A stretch of DNA of 64,000 nt from NCBI GenBank assembly GCA_964016885.1, contig OZ024752.1:10416001-10480000 (forward strand). Reading direction: 5' to 3'. Source of the stretch: Eledone cirrhosa (lineage: Eukaryota). Positions 1 to 13,592 of this stretch are shown piece after piece. The notes beneath the pieces are model-generated. The model saw only the letters and a program-made list of their open reading frames with translations. It did no database searches and was not told the origin of the DNA. How positions within the stretch are numbered: position 1 is the stretch's first letter; each line of letters opens with the position of its first letter. A program made the position numbers and the translations under genes.

Positions 1-475
1 GAATAGACCCCAGTCATCCGCTCTGTGACAGTGGAGGATTCCTCCTCACACTGCCATTTATCTTGTCCCAGAGTAAACTGCGAGACTAGGGCTTCAACAT
101 GTTTCAGACGTGGCCAGCTAGCTGGCAACAGACATCCTGGCCAGCCTAAATAGATAGTAGCCCTAATACCGCCCTGGCCCAAGTTCTAACATACCCCGGA
201 AGGAGTTGGTATCCTTAAATCGGCTACGCACAGGTATCGGCCGTTTTAATGCAACCAGGCACCACACGTGGCTGCATCAATCAACAGCTGGCCAGTGTTA
301 CTCACTAGATCAGACTGCTCAGCAGATACTGTATGACTTCCCAGATATCCGAGTAACTATCGTGAGCTAGTTACACCGTCTGGGGGACTTATAACCACCA
401 CCCTTGCACGGAAGACGAAAAAGACGACGGAGACAGACGACGACCGACGCCTACACAGACGTCGAAGAAGAAGTC
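1..475 (+). mobile_element. Decayed 3' end of an I-group (Vingi/ingi-like) LINE
   Basis: Translates to ...PRKELVSLNRLRTGIGRFN...QTAQQILYDFP, resembling the LPR-W-LNRLRTGVGR...C-CG...QT-HI--CP C-terminus of such LINEs; ends in short GAC/GAA-type repeats. Clade assignment is from memory. Confidence 0.5.
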
Positions 476-1073
476 TCAGCTGGAGGGAAATAATCCTGTA
501 CGAGCTGGTGGAATGCCAAAAGAGTCGGAAATAGTTTTTCAATTGTTTGTATGGGAATTTATAATATACAAATAAATTCTTGAAATATACATTCTACTTG
601 GAAATGTACATCAATTACATTTTAATGCTAGTTATTTTATACAAACTACTAATAATTTCGAATAGTTTCAGATTACTATTCAAATGAAATGCGTGTATTT
701 ATGTCAAATATTTACTGCCTTAAAAGTTGCCTAACCCGGATTATGTGATACAAAATACCTCACCACCATCACGAGATTAAGCGACATTCACGACTGGAAT
801 GAATTAGAATTTCATGAGATAACTCTTGTAACAGGTTGGACCTAGTGTCCAATTGATAAATAAAACTGCATGCGATTTCAGACAGTGAACTAATGTTGTT
901 AAGGATATACTATTAAACAAATAACACTGAAGTTGCTATAATCTTCGGAAATCTTTATAGCCTCTCACTTTGATTTACTAAACGATAGAAAGTTACCAGT
1001 CATGCGAAACTGTTTTGTTCGACGTGTAGATTTTCTGTTATATGCTTGGTTCTAGATTGAATATTAAATTGTA

Positions 1074-1254
1074 AATAATTGTTTCGACATTTGGCACGAG
1101 GCCAGCAAATACCCAATGCATTACTGGTAATTTATTTTATCAACCCCGTAAGGATGAAAAGCCAAGTTAACCTCGGCGGGATTTGAACTCAGAATGGAAA
1201 GGGCCGTAACTCTGTGTCAAAACATGGCAGTATCGGTTAGAGGGTCGGACGCCA
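1074..1254 (-). mobile_element. SINE family 1 (tRNA-like head, Nin/Deu-like domain), partial
   Basis: Matches the reverse complement of the window-wide consensus gagttcaaatcccgccgaggttaactttgcctttcatccttacggggtcgataaaataaagtaccag...ccttgtgccaaaagtagaaacaatt. Confidence 0.8.
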
Positions 1255-3869
1255 AGTAAATAATGTTTTGTTTAAAGGATACCATAATGTGAATTGGTAG
1301 GTAAATGCTAAAGATATAAATATAATGTCGGTATTGACATTGCAGTTTCTTTATATAGAGCTCAGAATTAATGTCGTCCATTTATATTTTTCGTAAAGGA
1401 TTGTACCTCGAAATTGAAAGGAGTATAATGAAGCGCAAGGAAACATTGCAACATCATACTTATGTTAACATTTACCTCCAATTCACATTGTAGTACCCTT
1501 CAGACACGACACTATATTCTACGTTTTACACAATGTATGAATCAAACTACAACAAGCATTTAATTTAGTATTTTAGAAAATTACAAAAGAAAAGTGGTTT
1601 AAATACCGGAATATAGTTTACGAAGGAAGTATACATCTTTAAAATTACCATCAAATTAATGCCAATAACAAAAACGCAAAGTTACTCATTAATAATCGTA
1701 GGAATACATCCCATTTTCGAATATATGTGAATTTTTATCCATCTATTTTCCAAATTCGATGCGTTGTTTGCTTGAAAATGGTTTAAAGTTGATACGTGTA
1801 TTACCCGAGTCTCCACAGCTTTTAATTATTTGTAAATCGCAAAGATGTGTCCTACATTTTCAGAGTCACTAGATCCTACAGAAATACATTTATGTGTGTG
1901 TTGTGGTTGTATTTCGTGTTAAACATTTTCTTTCCTCTTTGGGGTATATAGAATAGAATACAGTTAGAGTATTGATCGATATAGATTGTGATATTCCAGT
2001 GATAGTTGTAATACATCACCCAGTTTAGCACAAGTATCCCGGCTCCCTCTAGCGAAGAACGCTAATTTGCAAAAAAAAATTTTGTTTTGAGTATATATAT
2101 CATTTACTGCTCATGTACACCCCAAGTAGGTAATGGAATCCTCCACTCACCACGTGACTGATCAATGAAAGATAAATTTAAAATGTATTATAATTATTTT
2201 CGTGTTCCTATTTAATGTTAATTCACTTTTGTGTTCCTATTTAATATTCATGATTTAGTCATGTGATATTCACTAATGTAAATTATGAAGCTATGTATTC
2301 GAGTTCATTTCCCGCTAAATCTCGTCGTCCTGTATATCTAATACTTAACCTGATTATCTCATGAGTGTTGTCAATGTTTCTACCTCTAATATCACAGGGA
2401 TGTGACGGTGATGAATTTGTTTTGCAAGGTTTTGTATATGAAATCGTATGTTGAAACAAATATTTTTATATTTGGAGAAGCTCATATTGTTATAATATTA
2501 CCAGAAATATATAGTAAAATACACTCGGTGTTTTTTTTTGGGGGGGGGGGGGGCGTTTCTTCAGTATATTTTATATTTCTATAATTAATTCATTTGGCAA
2601 TCAATCTTTATTAATTACAAAACAAGATTTTTCCTCTCTTCCTGGTTAGTTTAAAGAATATATTTCTATATAATCGTCCTTATATCCATCGACACTAATC
2701 TAACACTATGGTATAATACTACTGAGGCAAAACAACTTCCTTCTGCGTCAATTGTTTAAGTAAACAAGACCGTAATATAATAAATTTCATTATATATTTT
2801 GATTTCTAGTTGTTTACTTCATACGTTTGAAAAGTCACCTTTCAAAAGAAATTAATATAAAAATTATGAGGGACAGAATAACACATACAATGCTATAGAT
2901 CATAACATTCTCACAAGAAATTGAATTTAGTATCATAAATTATATTTGATCATTTGTGAGAGGTTCTGTCTAGCAAACCACAAAGAAATTGTAACACGTT
3001 TTCGCATCGAAGATAATTATTTTCAAGTCAGCAAACAGTATATTTTACCTCACAGCACAATATTTTTTTGCAATATTTTTTTATATATTTATAATAAATT
3101 GGATATTTTGTATAAGATAAAAAGAACCAGAAAGATATATTTCAATAAATCTCCATTGTATATTAAAAAAAACTGATTTTTTTCTTCATATATTTAATAA
3201 TTTACTTTATTGTTATCTGAATATAAAATAAACCTCATTGGAAAACATTCGCGCATCATTTTTTTTACTGTATTCTGCTAGTTTATTCTAAGATAAAAAT
3301 CAGACTTATCATAACTTTCACTACATATTTCCATCGGTAGACACACATTAAATTACAAACGTTGTAGAACGAAAGTCTAAAGACAACTTGTGAAACTTGG
3401 TTTTGATTCCTTGGTGTAACTTTCATTTTTTTATATCAACTGAAATAAGTCGATCACCAGACACCCTGTATTACACGACATTAGAAGAATAAAACACACT
3501 ACAGAATGTAATATTTATAACAACGATTTGAAAGTTAAAGGTAGCTTTCATTGAGTCAAATCTAGTATCGCATATTATTCTAAGTTATCGCTTTCCTGTT
3601 TAAATTATACTTCCTCTTGTAACGCGCTTAAGACATCCAGTCTTATATTTACAGAACCCCAACATCATATCTAGTGATTCACCCATCTTGGGTGTATTTT
3701 CTATGGTTTCAAAATAGCAACATAAAATCACTTTCACTATATTTATGTCTTGTTAGAAACAGCCTGTTGTATGAATCACACACATTCAAATCTTCCTTTC
3801 AATAGTTTTACTAGAATACTTACATTAGCCAAATCTTCAAACGGTATATGACAGGTTCTTCTAGTGAAA

Positions 3870-4170
3870 CCGCATGGTTTGTAGTTAAGGTATTCGGCAT
3901 AGAATCGTGAATTCGATTCTGTGGTGCGTTGTGTACTTGAACAAGACATTTTATTTCACGTTGATCCAGTTCACTTAGCTGGCTAGTCGTACCAGTAATT
4001 CGAAGGGCCAACCTTGTTACATACTGTGGCATGCTGAATCTCTCTGAAAACTACATTATAGCTACACGTGTGGAGTGCTCAGTCACTAGCATGTTAATTT
4101 CTCGAGCAGGATATGTTCCCTTCATGGTAGGAATTGGAACACTGGTCGTCGAAACTGAAGAAGTGCCACA
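3870..4170 (+). mobile_element. SINE family 2 (tRNA head, gtccttgagcaagacactttatttcac core), degenerate
   Basis: A/B-box-like head followed by the core ttgtgtacttgaacaagacattttatttcacgttg; related copies at ~20265, ~30185 and ~50640. Confidence 0.65.
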
Positions 4171-4260
4171 GTAGAGGTTCCTTCTACGACTACCCCATTA
4201 TATATATATATATATGTACACGATATTAATAAATGGAAACTATATTTATAAAACCATATT

Positions 4261-4325
4261 TATTTCATTATACATATTTCAGGGATACCAAATTAAATTA
4301 TGGTATGCCTTCATCAGACAAAATA
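4261..4325 (-). ncRNA. Type I hammerhead ribozyme motif (canonical core)
   Basis: Minus strand: tattttgt CTGATGA aggcatacca..tggtatccct GAAA tatgta TA atgaaata; 8-bp stem I with two GU pairs and a 9/10-bp stem II. Confidence 0.7.
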
Positions 4326-4614
4326 CAATATATAACAGTTTTACAAATAAGCTTTGACGTACCCTTTTAAAATGCGACCATTATTTTTGGAAGCCATCTG
4401 GATAGTGAATTGTTTATATTATTTTAATAAGTCTTAGTGTTAAGGACAATTAGAAAAAGACGGAGAGAAAGAAAAAATGTCCTTAACACTAAGACTTATT
4501 AAAATAATATAAACAATTCACTATCGTATATCTACTCCAAATACTTGTCGAGTGCTTTATATCAGTTATAAAAATATTTACTTGTTGTATCCCAACAATT
4601 TTAAATAGAACTTT

Positions 4615-4652
<38 letters not shown>

Positions 4653-4834
4653 TGAGAATATGTGTGTGTGTACCCATATAACTTCTACAGTTTGTTCCAA
4701 ATTTGAAGAAAATCGGTTGCAAACAACCCTGATGTTCCCGGGAGTATTTTGAACTCATAACATGTGCAATGCGGCCCCTAGATAAATATTGGTTGGTTGG
4801 TTGCACGAAAACCACACACACATATTTATATATA

Positions 4835-4959
4835 TAGTTACCACAATACTGGTTTGTATTTATTTTTCTTAATTTATTCTTAAATTCAGTCTAGCAAACC
4901 CTATTGTCTGTAGTTAGTATTTTTTTTCACCTTAGCGATTTTGGTCCATTACAATTTGA

Positions 4960-4997
<38 letters not shown>

Positions 4998-5572
4998 GTC
5001 TGTGTTCGTTTTTCCTTTTTTTTTTACCTTTTTGTTCAGTTATATACGGCTCGGAAAAATGTTTTTCCTAGAGCTAATTTACTGTAATGAGACTATTTTG
5101 AGTTTCTAACTCAATACTTGCTGTTGATATATTCGGCTCCGTTAATTCATAGAGCTATTACAAATGTCGTGTAGACCCGGCTGCTATTTTTAGTGGCGTA
5201 AGTATGCGCGACACGCTAAGTTCGGTGACCATGTGCGTTATATATATATACACACATTTTCCAGTTTACTATTTGACTTAGAAGTAGGAAGGATACTAAT
5301 TTCATCACCCATTGATGAGCCTGGAATTTGGTATATCTCTTCACAAATAATATTGCGAAACGGTTCTATCAAAGACCGTCTGGGTGATGGTAGTTACCAC
5401 AATACTGGTTTGTATTTATTTTTCTTAATTTATTCTTAAATTGAGTCTAGCAAACCCTATTGTCTGTAGTTAGTATTTTTTTCACCTTAGTGATTTTGGT
5501 CCATTACAATTTGAAAACATATATATGTCTGTGTTCGTTTTTCCATTTTTTTCCCTTTTTGTTCAGTTATAT
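4835..5572 (+). mobile_element. HHR-bearing partial tandem (PLE pseudo-LTR or retrozyme-like unit)
   Basis: A ~180-210 bp direct repeat (4835-5046 and 5391-5572) flanks a unique segment that ends in the hammerhead at 5303-5389. Confidence 0.65.
5303..5389 (+). ncRNA. Type I hammerhead ribozyme motif (C3U variant)
   Basis: catcaccca TTGATGA gc...gc GAAA cggt-loop-accg TC tgggtgatg; perfect 9-bp stem I and 5-bp stem III. Confidence 0.7.
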
Positions 5573-5627
5573 ATATACATATGCATAGAGATAGGTAGAG
5601 AGAGGGAATGACGACATTCGCTGGTTT

Positions 5628-5639
5628 ACACACACACAC

Positions 5640-5716
<77 letters not shown>

Positions 5717-5723
5717 CACACAC
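5628..5723. repeat. (CA)n microsatellite
   Basis: Directly visible. Confidence 0.95.
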
Positions 5724-5726
5724 ATT

Positions 5727-5903
5727 ATCATCATTTTACATCCGCTTTTCCCTGCCTGCGAAGGGTTGGACGGGTCCTATTCAGCACAGCATCTCTCCAC
5801 TTGTCACGATCCTTCGTCATATCCTCGGTGAGTTTCTGAGGTCTGCTCTCACCACCTCCGCCCATGTTTTTCGTGGTCTACCTCTGCTGCGTCTTCCCTC
5901 CAC
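5727..5903 (-). mobile_element. RTE LINE 3' end fragment
   Basis: Reverse complement resembles 41870-42066 (..RGRPRKTWAEVVRADLR..) and ends in a (TGA)n tail. Confidence 0.8.
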
Positions 5904-6170
5904 CGAGAGAGAGAGATTTGCGCGTTCTTCATTGTCTCCATTCTGTAGATAAAAAGAGAGAGAGGGGGTATGAGAGAGAGAGAGATGGAGGGGTTGACGA
6001 AGAAAGAAAGGGAGTGAGAGGGACTGAGTTGTAGAGAAAATGATAGCAGCTTTCGATAACTAACTTTTATTTATTTATTTATTCTTTACACACTGTTCAA
6101 CTCTTCCATTTCCTCAACAATACGTCTATTTCTCTCTGTCTCTTTCACACAAGGCGTAGAGTGTGCGTGT

Positions 6171-6224
<54 letters not shown>

Positions 6225-6300
6225 TGGGACGTTACAATGTCCGGGCAAACACAGACACACACAAACAAACACGCATCTATATAATATAAGAACAGATTGA

Positions 6301-6351
6301 AGTTTAAGCAAATAATCGCTGCTTTCACCCTTAACGGGATCTTCTGAAACT
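6301..6351 (-). ncRNA. Hammerhead-like motif, family A (CAGAAGA core)
   Basis: Minus strand: agttt CAGAAGA tccc-gttaa-gggt GAAA gca..tgc TT aaact; a near-identical copy lies at 25689-25738. Confidence 0.55.
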
Positions 6352-6895
6352 AAAATAAAAATCAATCTGTGGATGCAGAAGTAAATATTTCGAAAAACGT
6401 TGCAACCGAAGGAAAACAGGAAGACGATACTTTGGTTCCTGAAGACGTTCTCTGGCAATGAATGGGGAAAAAGCGAGTATAATACGTCGTTATGTGAGGC
6501 GATTAGAAACATTTCTTTCGAAGAGAAAAACACGTTTATGGTATAAATAGAGGCATTAGACTAATATTATATTAAGAATAACCTGATGACTCGCCTCCGG
6601 AGTTTAATAATACTGTAAATAAAGTTGTTAAATGGAAAGGACAGTGGTTATTAAAATAGTAAAAGTAAATAATAGTTAAGATTTAGTCCAGTGTATAAGT
6701 ATGCGTCGCCACATACATACGTACTCACAGATATACTTGTATATATATATTTATAATATACATAAATATACACACGTATACAAGCATGCATACACATACA
6801 TGCATATAGATTACTTACACACAAATATACTTATATATATATATTTATAATATACATACATATACACACATATAAACGCATGCATATACATAGAT

Positions 6896-7365
6896 GCCCC
6901 TCAACGAGGTCACTAAGCATGGCTTGGACGCTGCAGGCTTCCCTTCCCAGCTCGAGCCAGTGGGGCTGGATCGAAGGGACGGAAAAGGCCAGATGACATG
7001 ACCATCTTCCCGTTCCGCGGTGACAAACCCCTCGTCTGGGATGCCACTTGCTCCGACACTTTCTGCAGCCGGAACCTGGTGCAGTCTGCGACTGACCCAG
7101 GTTCTGCTGCACGTCGGGATGAGGGGGCCAAACTCCTCAAAACCGGTTAGGTTTGCGGTCGTTCCCCTGGCAGTGGAAACTTCTGGTGTCCTCGGCCCCA
7201 GGGCTACCGCCTTACTCATTACCATAGGCGCTGAGCTGGCCAGCCGTAGGTGTGAGCCCTGCGAGTTGGAGTGGCTTTTCCTACGCATCTCCCTTGCCGT
7301 CCTCCGGTGAAACGCCTTCTCCATTCTGTCCGCAGGGCTGTGGGTGGGCCCCATCGCGTACCAAT
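6896..7365 (+). mobile_element. CRE-like non-LTR retrotransposon, restriction-like endonuclease (REL) fragment
   Basis: With frameshifts reads [36 protein letters not shown]...LVWDATCSDT...PLAVETSGVLGP...WLFLRISLAVLR-NAFSIL, the RPD...D...K REL signature. Confidence 0.75.
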
Positions 7366-7489
7366 ACATTAGTTAAATATCATACTTTCATAGTTACAAC
7401 GTATATCCACATTAATGAGGTATTATCTTTGTTGTCTCTCTAAATAATAGATCAAAGAGTTAAGAATAAAGTAAATAAAATACAGAGAA

Positions 7490-7797
7490 ATAATATATAT
7501 ATATATACTTATATATGAATATTTTTAATATACATACATATACACACATATACACGCACGCATACACATACATGCATATGTATATACACACATACATATA
7601 TATATACACATATATACAAATATATATATTTACATACACACATATTTACACGCATACTCATACATGCATATATATATATATATATATACACACAGACATA
7701 TATCTATATATACACACACATACCCAAATATGTATATACATATATCTACATACACATGTATATATACCCAAATATATATATATATATATATATCCAT

Positions 7798-7851
<54 letters not shown>

Positions 7852-7975
7852 ATACATTCACATATATATATACCCACATATATATATACATACAGACATA
7901 TATATACCCAAATATACATATACATACACACATATATATACCAGAATATACATATACATATATATATATATATAA
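7490..7975. repeat. Compound (TA)n/(TACA)n microsatellite
   Basis: Directly visible; a similar tract lies at 8403-8910. Confidence 0.95.
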
Positions 7976-8265
7976 ATTACACAATTATCAAAGTTATGTT
8001 CAAATCATTTAATTGCTGACAATCGTTTCTTCCAAACTTTCGTTTGGTATCATCGGAGCATTATCAATGTTTGCACATATAATTAACCTCCTATTCAACT
8101 GAACAATCATATAGATCCATATATATTGAGCTTGTGAGCAACAGTTTCGTATGTACAATGTTCTTACATTGAGCTATTTACCTTACTGGTAACAATGTAG
8201 TAGAAATTACTGACCGTTCCTGTTTATAGTTGTTTATAGTATATACACAACTATAAATAGTATCA
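7976..8265. mobile_element. PLE pseudo-LTR fragment with inversion; HHR-like motif at 8014-8060 (-)
   Basis: Same family as 48620-49920. Minus strand reads tgct CCGATGA ta-ccaaac-gaaa-gtttgg-aa GAAAC gatt GTC agca; 8160-8265 matches ~49810-49920 in + orientation. Confidence 0.65.
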
Positions 8266-8291
8266 TTATTATATATATATAATAATAATGT

Positions 8292-8403
8292 GGAAATCCC
8301 GCCGAGGTTGACTTTGCCTTTCATCCTTACGGGGTCGATAAAATAAAGTACCAGTAATGCACTGGGTAATTGCTGGCCTTGTGCCTAAAGTAGAAACAAT
8401 TAT
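8292..8403 (+). mobile_element. SINE family 1, 5'-truncated
   Basis: Consensus core and tail present. Confidence 0.8.
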
Positions 8404-8480
8404 TATATATATATATATATATTTATATATATTTAGATACATATACATATATACACACATATATATATATATACATATAT

Positions 8481-8587
<107 letters not shown>

Positions 8588-8738
8588 CATATATATATAT
8601 ACACATATATATATATACATATATATATATATACACATATATATATATACACATATATATATACACATATATATATATACACATATATATATACACATAT
8701 ATATATATACACATATATATATATATATATACATATAT

Positions 8739-8867
<129 letters not shown>

Positions 8868-8911
8868 TACTATCATAGACACATATAGATACATATACAT
8901 ATACATATATA

Positions 8912-9470
8912 TGGTGGCTGCCAACTCGTTTTCGAGTACGGCCACTACTTTATATCCATGTAGGAGAACCCCTACCGATGCGCTGAACGAGTGTGTCTTT
9001 TTAGTCCAGCCAGTGACTTGAAAACTCTGGTACAAACACTACACTTGTGACAATTATTGACACAGTACTGGGCCCATGGTACCCTGTGAGGACAAGTGCA
9101 GAGAGATCTCCATATATAAAGCAATGCCTGTGCCGTGAAGCTTTTTAGTGAACAAAGGTACTGCACAGAGCCATTCCCACTCTCTTAACCAAGATGATAT
9201 TTACCAAAAAGAAGAACAAGTCAACATCATTGGATACCATCAGGGTTGCAGGTGTTATATCAGAGTTTGCTTCTCCTAGAATTGTGCCTTGACAAAAGCT
9301 AAGGGGTCATCTCTCCCGGTAATTTTGGATGGTCATTGACTCTTAAGAGCTCCTTTGCACTTTGACAGGTTTTGTTTTAATCCTGCAGGATGTCCAAAGT
9401 CACCCTCCTCACCAAGAAACCTTGGTGGGGTTGCCAGTTTAGTCGCCAACGACCCGACCATGAGACAGGT
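8912..9470 (-). mobile_element. RTE-derived internally deleted element (5' UTR-like part plus C-terminal C2H2 finger)
   Basis: Minus strand has cttagc..aaggca..ctaggagaagcaaactctga, resembling RTE 5' UTRs, followed by a single [22 protein letters not shown] finger like those ending RTE ORFs. Confidence 0.5.
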
Positions 9471-10046
9471 ACATATATATATATATATATATACACATAT
9501 ATATATATACACATATATACATACATACACCTACATATGCATATATACATACAATACAATCATATATATATATATATATATACACACACAGACATACATG
9601 TACACATATCTACAAGTGCATACGCGTATGCTAGTAATGTTTAGAACATCGAGGTATTACGCTAACACTATTTAATTCCAGTTCAATAGTTTTGCTGAAA
9701 AGAAATATATATTTCGAGAATGTATTTGTTTATTTCAGATACATTTCCCATAGAAAGAATTGAAATAATCTTTGTAAATAGCCAAAGTATTCAATAACTT
9801 TACAATGTAGTCAGGTAGAAGGGATATATGCAATGCTATACGTCAACAATCGTTCAATTGGAATTAATTTAACCGTAGTTGAAAACTAAACTAAATAAAT
9901 GAATATAATATATTTACTTAAGATTGGCTCTTTCAAAACCTTATTGTTGACCGGTCAACACTCTCCGCCCGACGGGGAGATCTCCCACCCATTTTAGGGT
10001 TGGTGAGAGATGTTACTCTTATGAATACGAGTATAGCTTTCATTTC

Positions 10047-10235
10047 AGGGCGGTGGATTGGCAGTATCGTTAGAGGGTCGGACGCCATGCTTTGCAGCAT
10101 AGAGTTACACTCCTTTAAGATCCGAGTTCAAATCCCGTGAATAATAACTTTGCATTTCATCCTTACAGGGTTGATTTAATCAAATTTCCCCTCACCAAAA
10201 ATTGATGGCCTTGTGCCTATAAAAGTAACTATTAT
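10047..10235 (+). mobile_element. SINE family 1
   Basis: Head agggcggtggattggcagtatcg through the tail. Confidence 0.8.
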
Positions 10236-10729
10236 ATAAAATATCTTCCGGGCCGTGGAATGGCAGTATCGGTAGATTATGTAAAATCTCTCCGTCTTGC
10301 CTGATTTCTCCCCGTTTTGGGACACTTTTATTATGGTACTCCCCGTTTGGGAGGTTGGCAGGACTGTTATTGCAATATGAAAAACTATATAAATTTTGAA
10401 ATAAATGGTCTTGGTTTAAATTTCCAATTCAATAAAATATATTTCATTTCATACTTATTCTAAGCGGGACTGACTTGTCACTTCACTGATTTAGTTCCAT
10501 TCCTTTGAGATTAACACTTTTATATATTAACGGAGACTATAAAATATGTTGACGTGACACTATATTATTGATTTCTTAATTAAATATGCACTGTCTAAAG
10601 ATATTATTTGAGAATAATGTGACGTGATGGTACAGTAAAATATTTAATTCTCAAATGATTAATATTATTGATTTCAGACTTAAATACAAGGCTTTCTTCC
10701 CCTGAACACCAAGTAGGCATTCGAAATTT

Positions 10730-10732
<3 letters not shown>

Positions 10733-10786
<54 letters not shown>

Positions 10787-10812
10787 CCCTATACATATAT
10801 ATATCTCTCTCT

Positions 10813-10851
<39 letters not shown>

Positions 10852-10879
10852 TATACATATATATATATATATCTCCCTA

Positions 10880-10938
<59 letters not shown>

Positions 10939-11035
10939 ATATATGTATCTCTCTCCCTATATATATATATCCCCATATATATATCTCACCCTATATATCC
11001 CCCTATATATATCTCTCCCTATATATATATATATG
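10733..11035. repeat. (TA)n interrupted by recurrent ccct/ctct
   Basis: Directly visible. Confidence 0.9.
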
Positions 11036-11519
11036 TCCATCCATGTGTGGGGTTGTGAATCAGATTGGGTGTCACTGAAGAGTTTATTGATATCTTTAGA
11101 ATTCATTTCCCCGTGTTTTGTGTACGGTCATTTCAATTAGATTATAAAGAGAAATATAAAGATGGGAGGCGTCAGGATTTTAGAATATGTCGTTATTGTT
11201 TCCTTTCTAATCAATTATCAAATATAATTGAATATATTATTTATATAAAACATTCAGAAATAGTGTGCAAACATTCTCGAGATGTAAACTTGACTGTAGC
11301 TTGACCCCAACCGGGGATTCTGGTCATGCTGTTTTATACAAAGAAACGTAGATACTATAAAAACTGATAGCAACTCGCCATAACAATGAATGTTTAACAA
11401 ACGACGTCCTCTAGGAGCAAATATATATTTCTGTTTCTGTCAGAAACGATAATTATCGTGCCTGGATAAAGGAAAACAAGTGATGCTTTTATTGAGATGT
11501 TCATGTCTTGCTGTTATGT

Positions 11520-12203
11520 AATGGTTTCAGATTTAGGCAATAGGCCAACAATTTTAGGGAAGGGGAAAGTCAATTAAATAGACCCCAGTGTATTAATGCT
11601 ACTTTGCCTTTTATCCTTACGGGGTCGATAATCGATAAAATAAAGTTAACACAGGCGGCATTTGAACTCAGAATTTAACGGGCGGAAACTATGCACCAAA
11701 GCATCGTGTCCGAAGCTCTATCGATTCTGCCAATCCGCCGCCCTCAGTTAAATAATTGTTTCTACTTTAGACACAAGGCCAACAATTTGAAGGCTAGTGG
11801 AAAGTCGATTAAATCGACCCCAGTGTGTGACTGGTACTTTATTTTAGTGACGCCGTAGAGATGAAAGGCAAAGTTAACCTAGGCGGGATTTGAACTCAGA
11901 ACTTAAAGGGCGGTGACTATGCTGTAATACATCGTGTCCGATGCTCTACTGATTTTGCCAATCCACCGCCCTCTTGCTGCTAAATAATGGTTTCTACTTT
12001 AGGCACAAGGCCAACAATTTTAGGGAAGAGGAAAGTCGATTAAATCAACTACAGTGTATTACTGGTACTTTATTTTATCGACCCGCGTAAGTATGAAAGG
12101 CAAAGTGTACCTCGGTGGGTTTTGAACTCAGATCATAACGGGCCGTAACTATGCTGCAAAGCATGACGTCCGACCCTCTACCGATTCTGCCAAGCCGCCG
12201 CCT
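11520..12203 (-). mobile_element. Three head-to-tail SINE family 1 copies (long form)
   Basis: Units at ~11520-11745, ~11750-11975 and ~11985-12203, each with the aagtcgattaaatcgac-type segment. Confidence 0.85.
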
Positions 12204-13067
12204 TCTTGCTGTTAAAACACGATTTCTAATATAGGCAGAAGGCCCACTTTGAGAACCTCTGCTGTAGATGAAGAGAAATTTCAAACGGAATTGGAATCAA
12301 AATCTACTCCAGGCTATATATCTGAAGTCTATCTACCAGAATTATAGAAGTAAGGAAACATTGAATTGAAATTTATACTTCAAGCATCACTTATTATTTC
12401 GATAGATTTTCAGAGTATAAAATACTGCAAATCATTGCTCAGAAGTATCTCAAAATATTGCTCTCTGTCTCCGTTTCAGGCTCTGATACGATTATCTCTT
12501 CTTTGTGTAAATTCCTTTGTTTAGAAATATACTACTTTGATTTCTATTCTAATCATATCGATTTCCATTTTCGTTTTTTTTTAGATGTAGTGAGATGAGT
12601 AGAAATTATTACAAACAAAGTATATATTTTGTCTATTTCTTTTAGTACCAAACTGTACATTCTACTCATATTATGTGCGATAATGTTAAGCAATGCTAAA
12701 ATGAAACACGAACATATGTTTCTCTCTGATGTTGCTCAGACATAACGCAACGTTTGTGAAGAATTATTGGCAGCTTAGCTTCATACAATTGATAGCCAGA
12801 ATTCTGAAACTGTCAGGACTTTACAACAAAAAGCTATTGTCATGAAACAGATAACATTTAATGTTTCATATTCTATAACTTGCCAACTAGATTTAATGCA
12901 TTTAAAAGATGATTATATATACAGAGATCTGTCTGATGTCATATCTATCGGTATATCATATCTACTTCACAATCAATATATGTGAATATCGCATAAATAT
13001 TTGGCCGCAGTGTAATGAGTGAAATGACACACGTACATATATATATAATATATATAATATATATATA

Positions 13068-13110
<43 letters not shown>

Positions 13111-13188
13111 GAAGTATGGGAAAGCTTCTCAGTCCTCAGTCACGTTGGTTTCTATGTATATTTTGTACAGTTTTTCTAAACATCTAAC

Positions 13189-13274
13189 TATTGGGTTGTC
13201 AAGTATGAAATTTGTAGTAAGGCATATGGAATATTGTTTTTTTTTCGACAAATGTCATACTTGACGACCCAATA
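13189..13274. mobile_element. ~85-bp Tc1/mariner-type MITE
   Basis: TA-ttgggttgtcaagtatga ... tcatacttgacgacccaa-TA inverted termini; a second copy lies at 17804-17886. Confidence 0.75.
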
Positions 13275-13341
13275 ATTCCGTTCCAACAAGGCAGAACAAA
13301 TATGAAATGATTATATTAATATGATTAATATGATATATATT

Positions 13342-13531
13342 AGGGTCGGATTGGCAGTATCGGTAGAGTGTCGGACACCATGATTTGCAGCATAGAGTTA
13401 CGGCCCTTTACCATCTGCGTTCAAATCCCGCCGGCGTTAACTTTGCCTTTCATCCTTACGGGGTCGATGAAATAAAGTACCAGTAATACACTGGGATAAT
13501 TGCTGGCCTTGTGCCAAAGTAGAAACAATTA
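13342..13531 (+). mobile_element. SINE family 1
   Basis: Full consensus match. Confidence 0.85.
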
Positions 13532-13592
13532 TATTAATATGATATAGCTACGTGAGAAGATCTGATTGATTGAATAAGACCATCATTAAGGC

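Noticed and set aside
2405-2485. ~80-bp similarity to 20194-20275
   Set aside because: Short diverged dispersed repeat with no termini or structure to classify.
8972-9166. C2H2 zinc-finger gene exon
   Set aside because: A single finger with no TGEKP linker, embedded in RTE-like sequence; better explained as a LINE C-terminus.
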